Positions 1 through 12,100 of a stretch of DNA of 64,000 bases are shown here, piece after piece (position 1 is the first letter of the stretch; every line of letters starts with the position of its first letter). The position numbers and the translations under genes are program-made. Under the pieces are notes generated by a model. The model ran no database searches, had not been told where the DNA came from, and saw nothing but the letters and a program-made list of their open reading frames with translations. The stretch lies in the NCBI RefSeq assembly GCF_009914755.1, contig NC_060947.1, one strand, 5' to 3'. The DNA comes from the human T2T-CHM13v2.0 reference genome, Homo sapiens.

Positions 1-406
1 AGTTAAACTCCATCGTCACAAAGAATTTTCTGAGAGTGCTACCGTCTGGTTTTTATATGAAGTTCTTTCCTTCACTACCACAGACCTCAAAGCGGTCCAA
101 ATCTCCACTTGCAGATTCTACAAAAAGAGTGTTTGCAAACTGCTCTATCAAAAGGAATGTTCAACTCTGGGAGTTGAATGCAATCATCACAGAGCAGTTT
201 CTGAGAATGCTTCTATGTCGTTTTTAGGAGAAGATATTTCCTTTTCCAACACAGTCCTCCAAGCCCGCTAAATAGCCACTTGCACATTGTAGAAAAAGTG
301 TGTCAAAGCTGCGCTATCAAAGGGAAAGTTCAACTCTGTGAGGTGAATGCAAACATCCCAAAGAAGTTTCTGAGAATGCTTCCGTTTAGCTTTTAGGTGA
401 AGATTA

Positions 407-423
407 TCCCGTTTCCAACGAAA
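407..423 (-). promoter_or_regulatory. CENP-B box 1 (intact; recurs in each HOR)
   Basis: + strand tcccgtttccaacgaaa = minus TTTCGTTGGAAACGGGA, which fits the core NTTCGNNNNANNCGGGN. Confidence 0.92.
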
Positions 424-578
424 CCTTCAAAGAGGTCCAAATATCCCCTTGCGGATCCCACAGAAAGAGTGTTTCGAAACTGCTGTTTCAAAAGGAATCT
501 TCAACTCTGTGAGTTGAATGCAATCATCACAAAGAAGTTTCTGACAATGCTTCTCTCTCGTCTTTCTGTGAAGATAAA

Positions 579-619
579 GGAAAAGGCTTTCAGGCCTTTT
601 CCACCACAGGCCTGAAAGC
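579..619. repeat. Overlapping inverted repeats in the 186-bp monomer (recurs in every HOR)
   Basis: gctttcaggcct (586-597) is the exact reverse complement of aggcctgaaagc (608-619). ggaaaaggc (579-587) is the exact reverse complement of gccttttcc (594-602). Confidence 0.9.
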
Positions 620-934
620 GCTCCAAATGTCCACTTGCAGATTCTGCGAAAAGAATATTTCAAAACTGCTTTGTGAAAAGCAATGTTAAACTCAGTGGCT
701 CGAACACAAACATCACAAAGCGGTTTCTGAGAATGCTTCAGTTTAGTTTTTCTGTGGAAATATTCCCGTTTCCAAAGAAATCTTCAAAGAGGTCCACGCA
801 TCCACTTACAGATTCTACAAAAAGACAGTTTCAAAACTGCTCCATCAAAAGGAGGGTTCAACTGTGTGACTTGAATGCAATCATCACTCAGAAGTTTCTG
901 AGAATGCTTCTCTTTAGTTTTTACGTGAACATAT

Positions 935-951
935 ACCCGTTTCGAACGAAG
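935..951 (-). promoter_or_regulatory. CENP-B box 2 (intact; recurs in each HOR except 23561-23577)
   Basis: acccgtttcgaacgaag = minus CTTCGTTCGAAACGGGT, which fits the core. Confidence 0.9.
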
Positions 952-1443
952 GCCACCCAGTGGTCCAAATATCCACTTGCAGATTCTACAGAAAGAGTGT
1001 TTCCAACCTGAACTCTCAAAGGCAGGTTCATCTCTGCGAGTTAAATGCATTCATCATGAAGAACTTTCTCAGAGTGTTTGTGTTTAGTTATGGGAAATTA
1101 TTAACGTTTCCAACGAAATCCTCAGAGAGCTCCAAATATCCACCTGCAGATTCTACCAAAAGTGTATTTGGAAACTGCTCCATCAAAAGGCATGTTCAGC
1201 TCTGTGAGTGAAACTCCATCATCACAAAGAATATTCTGAGAATGCTTCCGTTTGCCTTTTATCTGAAGTTCCTTCCTATACGACCGTAGGCCTCAAAGCA
1301 GTCCAAATCTCCATTTGCAGATTCTACAAAAAGAGTGATTCCAATCTGCTCTATCAATAGGATTGTTCAACTCCATGAGTTGAATGCCATCCTCACAAAG
1401 TCGTTTCTGAGAATGCTTCTATCTAGTTTTTATGTGAAGATAT

Positions 1444-1460
1444 TTCCTTTTCCACCACAG
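1444..1460 (-). promoter_or_regulatory. A-type (pJalpha-like) box in an A monomer
   Basis: ttccttttccaccacag (minus CTGTGGTGGAAAAGGAA) sits at the box position and resembles the alphoid A-box consensus. Confidence 0.65.
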
Positions 1461-1952
1461 GCCTCAAAGCCCTCCAAACGTCCACTTGCAGATTCTCGAA
1501 AAAGAGTGTTTCATAGCTGCTCTTTCAAAAGGAAAGTTCAACTCTGGGAGTTGAATACAAACATCACAAAGTAGTTTCCGAGAATGCTTCTGTTTAGTTT
1601 TTATGTGAAGATGATCCCGTTTCCAGTGAAATCTTCAAAGAGGTCCACATATCCCCTTGCAGATTCCAAAGAAAGAGGGTTTCAAAACTGCTCCATCAGA
1701 AGGATTGTTCAACTCTGTGAGTTGAATGCAGTCATCGCAGAAAACTTTCTGAGAATGCTTCTGTCTAGGTTTGATGTGAAGATATAGACGTTTCAAACGA
1801 AGGCTACAAAGTGGTCAAAATATACACTTGCAGATTCTACTACAAGGGTGTTGCAAACCTGAACTATCAAAGGAAGGTTCAACTCTGTGAGTTGAATACA
1901 AACATCACAAAGAATGTTCTGAGTTTGCTTCCGTTCAGTTATGGGAAGTTGA

Positions 1953-1969
1953 TCCCGTTTCCAACGAAA
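1953..1969 (-). promoter_or_regulatory. CENP-B box 4 (intact; pentamer paralogue of box 3)
   Basis: tcccgtttccaacgaaa, 851 bp from the box 3 position. The right-hand allele ccagcgaaa still fits the core. Confidence 0.9.
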
Positions 1970-3158
1970 TCCTCAGAGAGGTCCAAATATCCCCTTGCAG
2001 ATTCTACAAAACGTGTGTTTGGAAACTGCTCCATCATAACGAATGTTCAGCTCCCTGAGTTAAACTCCATTGTCACAAAGAATTTTCTGAGAGTGCTGCC
2101 GTCTGGTTTTTATATGAAGTTCTTTCCTTCACTACCACAGACCTCAAAGCGGTCCAAATCTCCACTTGCAGATTCTACAAAAAGAGTGTTTGCAAACTGC
2201 TCTATCAAAAGGAATGTTCAACTCTGGGAGTTGAATGCAATCATCACAGAGCAGTTTCTGAGAATGCTTCTATGTCGTTTTTAGGAGAAGATATTTCCTT
2301 TTCCAACACAGTCCTCCAAGCCCGCTAAATAGCCACTTGCAAATTGTAGAAAAAGTGTGTCAAAGCTGCGCTATCAAAGGGAAAGTTCAACTCTGTGAGG
2401 TGAATGCAAACATCCCAAAGAAGTTTCTGAGAATGCTTCCGTTTAGCTTTTAGGTGAAGATTATCCCGTTTCCAACGAAACCTTCAAAGAGGTCCAAATA
2501 TCCCCTTGCGGATCCCACAGAAAGAGTGTTTCGAAACTGCTGTTTCAAAAGGAATCTTCAACTCTGTGAGTTGAATGCAATCATCACAAAGAAGTTTCTG
2601 ACAATGCTTCTCTCTCGTCTTTCTGTGAAGATAAAGGAAAAGGCTTTCAGGCCTTTTCCACCACAGGCCTGAAAGCGCTCCAAATGTCCACCTGCAGATT
2701 CTGCCAAAAGAATATTTCAAAACTGCTCTATGAAAAGCAATGTTAAACTCTGTGGCTCGAACACAAACATCACAAAGCAGTTTCTGAGAATGCTTCAGTT
2801 TAGTTTTTCTGTGGAAATATTCCCGTTTCCAAAGAAATCTTCAAAGAGGTCCACGTATGCACTTACAGATTCTACAAAAAGACAGTTTCAAAACTGCTCC
2901 ATCAAAAGGAGGGTTCAACTGTGTGACTTGAATGCAATCATCACTCAGAAGTTTCTGAGAATGCTTCTCTTTAGTTTTTACGTGAACATATACCCGTTTC
3001 GAACGAAGGCCACCCAGTGGTCCAAATATCCACTTGCAGATTCTACAGAAAGAGTGTTTCGAACCTGAACTCTCAAAGGCAGGTTCATCTCTGTTAGTTA
3101 AATGCATTCATCATGAAGAACTTTCTCAGAGTGTTTGTGTTTAGTTATGGGAAATTAT

Positions 3159-3175
3159 TCCCGTTTCCAACGAAA
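3159..3175 (-). promoter_or_regulatory. CENP-B box 3 (intact example; the copy at 1102-1118 and several others are mutated)
   Basis: tcccgtttccaacgaaa fits the core. Confidence 0.9.
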
Positions 3176-6100
3176 TCCTCAGAGAGCTCCAAATATCCAC
3201 CTGCAGATTCTACCAAAAGTGTATTTGGAAACTGCTCCATCAAAAGGCATGTTCAGCTCTGTGAGTGAAACTCCATCATCACAAAGAATATTCTGAGAAT
3301 GCTTCCGTTTGCCTTTTATCTGAAGTTCCTTCCTATACGACCGTAGGCCTCAAAGCAGTCCAAATCTCCATTTGCAGATTCTACAAAAAGAGTGATTCCA
3401 ATCTGCTCTATCAATAGGATTGTTCAACTCCATGAGTTGAATGCCATCCTCACAAAGTCGTTTCTGAGAATGCTTCTATCTAGTTTTTATGTGAAGATAT
3501 TTCCTTTTCCACCACAGGCCTCAAAGCCCTCCAAACGTCCACTTGCAGATTCTCGAAAAAGAGTGTTTCATAGCTGCTCTTTCAAAAGGAAAGTTCAACT
3601 CTGGGAGTTGAATACAAACATCACAAAGTAGTTTCCGAGAATGCTTCTGTTTAGTTTTTATGTGAAGATGATCTCGTTTCCAGTGAAATCTTCAAAGAGG
3701 TCCACATATCCCCTTGCAGATTCCAAAGAAAGAGGGTTTCAAAACTGCTCCATCAGAAGGATTGTTCAACTCTGTGAGTTGAATGCAGTCATCGCAGAAA
3801 ACTTTCTGAGAATGCTTCTGTCTAGGTTTGATGTGAAGATATAGACGTTTCAAACGAAGGCTACAAAGTGGTCAAAATATACACTTGCAGATTCTACTAC
3901 AAGGGTGTTGCAAACCTGAACTATCAAAGGAAGGTTCAACTCTGTGAGTTGAATACAAACATCACAAAGAATGTTCTGAGTTTGCTTCCGTTCAGTTATG
4001 GGAAGTTGATCCCGTTTCCAACGAAATCCTCAGAGAGGTCCAAATATCCCCTTGCAGATTCTACAAAACGTGTGTTTGGAAACTGCTCCATCATAACGAA
4101 TGTTCAGCTCCCTGAGTTAAACTCCATCGTCACAAAGAATTTTCTGAGAGTGCTACCGTCTGGTTTTTATATGAAGTTCTTTCCTTCACTACCACAGGCC
4201 TCAAAGCGGTCCAAATCTCCACTTGCAGATTCTACAAAAAGAGTGTTTGCAAACTGCTCTATCAAAAGGAATGTTCAACTCTGGGAGTTGAATGCAATCA
4301 TCACAGAGCAGTTTCTGAGAATGCTTCTATGTCGTTTTTAGGAGAAGATATTTCCTTTTCCAACACAGTCCTCCAAGCCCGCTAAATAGCCACTTGCACA
4401 TTGTAGAAAAAGTGTGTCAAAGCTGCGCTATCAAAGGGAAAGTTCAACTCTGTGAGGTGAATGCAAACATCCCAAAGAAGTTTCTGAGAATGCTTCCGTT
4501 TAGCTTTTAGGTGAAGATTATCCCGTTTCCAACGAAACCTTCAAAGAGGTCCAAATATCCCCTTGCGGATCCCACAGAAAGAGTGTTTCGAAACTGCTGT
4601 TTCAAAAGGAATCTTCAACTCTGTGAGTTGAATGCAATCATCACAAAGAAGTTTCTGACAATGCTTCTCTCTCGTCTTTCTGTGAAGATAAAGGAAAAGG
4701 CTTTCAGGCCTTTTCCACCACAGGCCTGAAAGCGCTCCAAATGTCCACTTGCAGATTCTGCCAAAAGAATATTTCAAAACTGCTCTATGAAAAGCAATGT
4801 TAAACTCTGTGGCTCGAACACAAACATCACAAAGCAGTTTCTGAGAATGCTTCAGTTTAGTTTTTCTGTGGAAATATTCCCGTTTCCAAAGAAATCTTCA
4901 AAGAGGTCCACGTATGCACTTACAGATTCTACAAAAAGACAGTTTCAAAACTGCTCCATCAAAAGGAGGGTTCAACTGTGTGACTTGAATGCAATCATCA
5001 CTCAGAAGTTTCTGAGAATGCTTCTCTTTAGTTTTTACGTGAACATATACCCGTTTCGAACGAAGGCCACCCAGTGGTCCAAATATCCACTTGCAGATTC
5101 TACAGAAAGAGTGTTTCGAACCTGAACTCTCAAAGGCAGGTTCATCTCTGTTAGTTAAATGCATTCATCATGAAGAACTTTCTCAGAGTGTTTGTGTTTA
5201 GTTATGGGAAATTATTCCCGTTTCCAACGAAATCCTCAGAGAGCTCCAAATATCCACCTGCAGATTCTACCAAAAGTGTATTTGGAAACTGCTCCATCAA
5301 AAGGCATGTTCAGCTCTGTGAGTGAAACTCCATCATCACAAAGAATATTCTGAGAATGCTTCCGTTTGCCTTTTATCTGAAGTTCCTTCCTATACGACCG
5401 TAGGCCTCAAAGCAGTCCAAATCTCCATTTGCAGATTCTACAAAAAGAGTGATTCCAATCTGCTCTATCAATAGGATTGTTCAACTCCATGAGTTGAATG
5501 CCATCCTCACAAAGTAGTTTCTGAGAATGCTTCTATCTAGTTTTTATGTGAAGATATTTCCTTTTCCACCACAGGCCTCAAAGCCCTCCAAACGTCCACT
5601 TGCAGATTCTCGAAAAAGAGTGTTTCATAGCTGCTCTTTCAAAAGGAAAGTTCAACTCTGGGAGTTGAATACAAACATCACAAAGTAGTTTCCGAGAATG
5701 CTTCTGTTTAGTTTTTATGTGAAGATGATCCCGTTTCCAGTGAAATCTTCAAAGAGGTCCACATATCCCCTTGCAGATTCCAAAGAAAGAGGGTTTCAAA
5801 ACTGCTCCATCAGAAGGATTGTTCAACTCTGTGAGTTGAATGCAGTCATCGCAGAAAACTTTCTGAGAATGCTTCTGTCTAGGTTTGATATGAAGATATA
5901 GACGTTTCAAACGAAGGCTACAAAGTGGTCAAAATATACACTTGCAGATTCTACTACAAGGGTGTTGCAAACCTGAACTATCAAAGGAAGGTTCAACTCT
6001 GTGAGTTGAATACAAACATCACAAAGAATGTTCTGAGTTTGCTTCCGTTCAGTTATGGGAAGTTGATCCCGTTTCCAACGAAATCCTCAGAGAGGTCCAA

Positions 6101-9100
6101 ATATCCCCTTGCAGATTCTACAAAACGTGTGTTTGGAAACTGCTCCATCATAACGAATGTTCAGCTCCCTGAGTTAAACTCCATCGTCACAAAGAATTTT
6201 CTGAGAGTGCTACCGTCTGGTTTTTATATGAAGTTCTTTCCTTCACTACCACAGGCCTCAAAGCGGTCCAAATCTCCACTTGCAGATTCTACAAAAAGAG
6301 TGTTTGCAAACTGCTCTATCAAAAGGAATGTTCAACTCTGGGAGTTGAATGCAATCATCACAGAGCAGTTTCTGAGAATGCTTCTATGTCGTTTTTAGGA
6401 GAAGATATTTCCTTTTCCAACACAGTCTTCCAAGCCCGCTAAATAGCCACTTGCACATTGTAGGAAAAGTGTGTCAAAGCTGCGCTATCAAAGGGAAAGT
6501 TCAACTCTGTGAGGTGAATGCAAACATCCCAAAGAAGTTTCTGAGAATGCTTCCGTTTAGCTTTTAGGTGAAGATTATCCCGTTTCCAACGAAACCTTCA
6601 AAGAGGTCCAAATATCCCCTTGCGGATCCCACAGAAAGAGTGTTTCGAAACTGCTGTTTCAAAAGGAATCTTCAACTCTGTGAGTTGAATGCAATCATCA
6701 CAAAGAAGTTTCTGACAATGCTTCTCTCTCGTCTTTCTGTGAAGATAAAGGAAAAGGCTTTCAGGCCTTTTCCACCACAGGCCTGAAAGCGCTCCAAATG
6801 TCCACTTGCAGATTCTGCCAAAAGAATATTTCAAAACTGCTCTATGAAAAGCAATGTTAAACTCTGTGGCTCGAACACAAACATCACAAAGCAGTTTCTG
6901 AGAATGCTTCAGTTTAGTTTTTCTGTGGAAATATTCCCGTTTCCAAAGAAATCTTCAAAGAGGTCCACGTATCCACTTACAGATTCTACAAAAAGACAGT
7001 TTCAAAACTGCTCCATCAAAAGGAGGGTTCAACTATGTGACTTGAATGCAATCATCACTCAGAAGTTTCTGAGAATGCTTCTTTTTAGTTTTTATGTGAA
7101 CATATACCCGTTTCGAACGAAGGCCACCCAGTGGTCCAAATATCCACTTGCAGATTCTACAGAAAGAGTGTTTCGAACCTGAACTCTCAAAGGCAGGTTC
7201 ATCTCTGCGAGTTAAATGCATTCATCATGAAGAACTTTCTCAGAGTGTTTGTGTTTAGTTATGGGAAATTATTCCCGTTTCCAACGAAATCCTCAGAGAG
7301 CTCCAAATATCCACCTGCAGATTCTACCAAAAGTGTATTTGGAAACTGCTCCATCAAAAGGCATGTTCAGCTCTGTGAGTGAAACTCCATCATCACAAAG
7401 AATATTCTGAGAATGCTTCCGTTTGCCTTTTATCTGAAGTTCCTTCCTATACGACCGTAGGCCTCAATGCAGTCCAAATCTCCATTTGCAGATTCTACAA
7501 AAAGAGTGATTCCAATCTGCTCTATCAATAGGATTGTTCAACTCCATGAGTTGAATGCCATCCTCACAAAGTCGTTTCTGAGAATGCTTCTATCTAGTTT
7601 TTATGTGAAGATATTTCCTTTTCCACCACAGGCCTCAAAGCCCTCCAAACGTCCACTTGCAGATTCTCGAAAAAGAGTGTTTCATAGCTGCTCTTTCAAA
7701 AGGAAAGTTCAACTCTGGGAGTTGAATACAAACATCACAAAGTAGTTTCCGAGAATGCTTCTGTTTAGTTTTTATGTGAAGATGATCCCGTTTCCAGTGA
7801 AATCTTCAAAGAGGTCCACATATCCCCTTGCAGATTCCAAAGAAAGAGGGTTTCAAAACTGCTCCATCAGAAGGATTGTTCAACTCTGTGAGTTGAATGC
7901 AGTCATCGCAGAAAACTTTCTGAGAATGCTTCTGTCTAGGTTTGATGTGAAGATATAGACGTTTCAAACGAAGGCTACAAAGTGGTCAAAATATACACTT
8001 GCAGATTCTACTACAAGGGTGTTGCAAACCTGAACTATCAAAGGAAGGTTCAACTCTGTGAGTTGAATACAAACATCACAAAGAATGTTCTGAGTTTGCT
8101 TCCGTTCAGTTATGGGAAGTTGATCCCGTTTCCAACGAAATCCTCAGAGAGGTCCAAATATCCCCTTGCAGATTCTACAAAACGTGTGTTTGGAAACTGC
8201 TCCATCATAACGAATGTTCAGCTCCCTGAGTTAAACTCCATCGTCACAAAGAATTTTCTGAGAGTGCTACCGTCTGGTTTTTATATGAAGTTCTTTCCTT
8301 CACTACCACAGACCTCAAAGCGGTCCAAATCTCCACTTGCAGATTCTACAAAAAGAGTGTTTGCAAACTGCTCTATCAAAAGGAATGTTCAACTCTGGGA
8401 GTTGAATGCAATCATCACAGAGCAGTTTCTGAGAATGCTTCTATGTCGTTTTTAGGAGAAGATATTTCCTTTTCCAACACAGTCCTCCAAGCCCGCTAAA
8501 TAGCCACTTGCACATTGTAGAAAAAGTGTGTCAAAGCTGCGCTATCAAAGGGAAAGTTCAACTCTGTGAGGTGAATGCAAACATCCCAAAGAAGTTTCTG
8601 AGAATGCTTCCGTTTAGCTTTTAGGTGAAGATTATCCCGTTTCCAACGAAACCTTCAAAGAGGTCCAAATATCCCCTTGCGGATCCCACAGAAAGAGTGT
8701 TTCGAAACTGCTGTTTCAAAAGGAATCTTCAACTCTGTGGGTTGAATGCAATCATCACAAAGAAGTTTCTGACAATGCTTCTCTCTCGTCTTTCTGTGAA
8801 GATAAAGGAAAAGGCTTTCAGGCCTTTTCCACCACAGGCCTGAAAGCGCTCCAAATGTCCACTTGCAGATTCTGCCAAAAGAATATTTCAAAACTGCTCT
8901 ATGAAAAGCAATGTTAAACTCTGTGGCTCGAACACAAACATCACAAAGCAGTTTCTGAGAATGCTTCAGTTTAGTTTTTCTGTGGAAATATTCCCGTTTC
9001 CAAAGAAATCTTCAAAGAGGTCCACGTATGCACTTACAGATTCTACAAAAAGACAGTTTCAAAACTGCTCCATCAAAAGGAGGGTTCAACTGTGTGACTT

Positions 9101-12100
9101 GAATGCAATCATCACTCAGAAGTTTCTGAGAATGCTTCTCTTTAGTTTTTACGTGAACATATACCCGTTTCGAACGAAGGCCACCCAGTGGTCCAAATAT
9201 CCACTTGCAGATTCTACAGAAAGAGTGTTTCGAACCTGAACTCTCAAAGGCAGGTTCATCTCTGTTAGTTAAATGCATTCATCATGAAGAACTTTCTCAG
9301 AGTGTTTGTGTTTAGTTATGGGAAATTATTCCCGTTTCCAACGAAATCCTCAGAGAGCTCCAAATATCCACCTGCAGATTCTACCAAAAGTGTATTTGGA
9401 AACTGCTCCATCAAAAGGCATGTTCAGCTCTGTGAGTGAAACTCCATCATCACAAAGAATATTCTGAGAATGCTTCCGTTTGCCTTTTATATGAAGTTCC
9501 TTCCTATACTACCGTAGGCCTCAAAGCAGTCCAAATCTCCATTTGCAGATTCTACAAAAAGAGTGATTCCAATCTGCTCTATCAATAGGATTGTTCAACT
9601 CCATGAGTTGAATGCCATCCTCACAAAGTCGTTTCTGAGAATGCTTCTATCTAGTTTTTATGTGAAGATATTTCCTTTTCCACCACAGGCCTCAAAGCCC
9701 TCCAAACGTCCACTTGCAGATTCTCGAAAAAGAGTGTTTCATAGCTGCTCTTTCAAAAGGAAAGTTCAACTCTGGGAGTTGAATACAAACATCACAAAGT
9801 AGTTTCCGAGAATGCTTCTGTTTAGTTTTTATGTGAAGATGATCCCGTTTCCAGTGAAATCTTCAAAGAGGTCCACATATCCCCTTGCAGATTCCAAAGA
9901 AAGAGGGTTTCAAAACTGCTCCATCAGAAGGATTGTTCATCTCTGTGAGTTGAATGCAGTCATCGCAGAAAACTTTCTGAGAATGCTTCTGTCTAGGTTT
10001 GATGTGAAGATATAGACGTTTCAAACGAAGGCTACAAAGTGGTCAAAATATACACTTGCAGATTCTACTACAAGGGTGTTGCAAACCTGAACTATCAAAG
10101 GAAGGTTCAACTCTGTGAGTTGAATACAAACATCACAAAGAATGTTCTGAGTTTGCTTCCGTTCAGTTATGGGAAGTTGATCCCGTTTCCAACGAAATCC
10201 TCAGAGAGGTCCAAATATCCCCTTGCAGATTCTACAAAACGTGTGTTTGGAAACTGCTCCATCATAACGAATGTTCAGCTCCCCGAGTTAAACTCCATCG
10301 TCACAAAGAATTTTCTGAGAGTGCTACCGTCTGGTTTTTATATGAAGTTCTTTCCTTCACTACCACAGGCCTCAAAGCGGTCCAAATCTCCACTTGCAGA
10401 TTCTACAAAAAGAGTGTTTGCAAACTGCTCTATCAAAAGGAATGTTCAACTCTGGGAGTTGAATGCAATCATCACAGAGCAGTTTCTGAGAATGCTTCTA
10501 TGTCGTTTTTAGGAGAAGATATTTCCTTTTCCAACACAGTCCTCCAAGCCCGCTAAATAGCCACTTGCACATTGTAGAAAACGTGTGTCAAAGCTGCGCT
10601 ATCAAAGGGAAAGTTCAACTCTGTGAGGTGAATGCAAACATCCCAAAGAAGTTTCTGAGAATGCTTCCGTTTAGCTTTTAGGTGAAGATTATCCCGTTTC
10701 CAACGAAACCTTCAAAGAGGTCCAAATATCCCCTTGCGGATCCCACAGAAAGAGTGTTTCGAAACTGCTGTTTCAAAAGGAATCTTCAACTCTGTGAGTT
10801 GAATGCAATCATCACAAAGAAGTTTCTGACAATGCTTCTCTCTCGTCTTTCTGTGAAGATAAAGGAAAAGGCTTTCAGGCCTTTTCCACCACAGGCCTGA
10901 AAGCGCTCCAAATGTCCACTTGCAGATTCTGCCAAAAGAATATTTCAAAACTGCTCTATGAAAAGCAATGTTAAACTCTGTGGCTGGAACACAAACATCA
11001 CAAAGCGGTTTCTGAGAATGTTTCAGTTTAGTTTTTCTGTGGAAATATTCCCGTTTCCAAAGAAATCTTCAAAGAGGTCCACGTATGCACTTACAGATTC
11101 TACAAAAAGACAGTTTCAAAACTGCTCCATCAAAAGGAGGGTTCAACTGTGTGACTTGAATGCAATCATCACTCAGAAGTTTCTGAGAATGCTTCTCTTT
11201 AGTTTTTACGTGAACATATACCCGTTTCGAACGAAGGCCACCCAGTGGTCCAAATATCCACTTGCAGATTCTACAGAAAGAGTGTTTCGAACCTGAACTC
11301 TCAAAGGCAGGTTCATCTCTGTTAGTTAAATGCATTCATCATGAAGAACTTTCTCAGAGTGTTTGTGTTTAGTTATGGGAAATTATTCCCGTTTCCAACG
11401 AAATCCTCAGAGAGCTCCAAATATCCACCTGCAGATTCTACCAAAAGTGTATTTGGAAACTGCTCCATCAAAAGGCATGTTCAGCTCTGTGAGTGAAACT
11501 CCATCATCACAAAGAATATTCTGAGAATGCTTCCGTTTGCCTTTTATATGAAGTTCCTTCCTATACTACCGTAGGCCTCAAAGCAGTCCAAATCTCCATT
11601 TGCAGATTCTACAAAAAGAGTGATTCCAATCTGCTCTATCAATAGGATTGTTCAACTCCATGAGTTGAATGCCATCCTCACAAAGTCGTTTCTGAGAATG
11701 CTTCTATCTAGTTTTTATGTGAAGATATTTCCTTTTCCACCACAGGCCTCAAAGCCCTCCAAACGTCCACTTGCAGATTCTCGAAAAAGAGTGTTTCATA
11801 GCTGCTCTTTCAAAAGGAAAGTTCAACTCTGGGAGTTGAATACAAACATCACAAAGTAGTTTCCGAGAATGCTTCTGTTTAGTTTTTATGTGAAGATGAT
11901 CCCGTTTCCAGTGAAATCTTCAAAGAGGTCCACATATCCCCTTGCAGATTCCAAAGAAAGAGGGTTTCAAAACTGCTCCATCAGAAGGATTGTTCAACTC
12001 TGTGAGTTGAATGCAGTCATCGCAGAAAACTTTCTGAGAATGCTTCTGTCTAGGTTTGATGTGAAGATATAGACGTTTCAAACGAAGGCTACAAAGTGGT

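Larger units (their letters stand above)
764..1802 (-). promoter_or_regulatory. Three degenerate B-type boxes per HOR (764-780, 1615-1631, 1786-1802), predicted non-binding
   Basis: tcccgtttccaaagaaa, tcccgtttccagtgaaa and agacgtttcaaacgaag each lack an essential part of the TTCG or CGGG core. Confidence 0.8.
453..2509 (-). repeat. Representative 12-monomer HOR unit (BamHI to BamHI)
   Basis: A/B-box positions at 407, 593, 764, 935, 1102, 1273, 1444, 1615, 1786, 1953, 2124, ~2293 and 2464 give spacings of about 186/171/171/167/171/171/171/171/167/171/169/171, summing to 2057. Two paralogous pentamers are offset by 851 bp (593-1443 vs 1444-2294), plus two extra monomers. Confidence 0.92.

Noticed and set aside
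586-619. Hairpin as a rho-independent terminator or structured ncRNA gene
   Set aside because: The context is eukaryotic satellite, there is no following U-tract or gene, and there is no sequence evidence of a discrete transcript.
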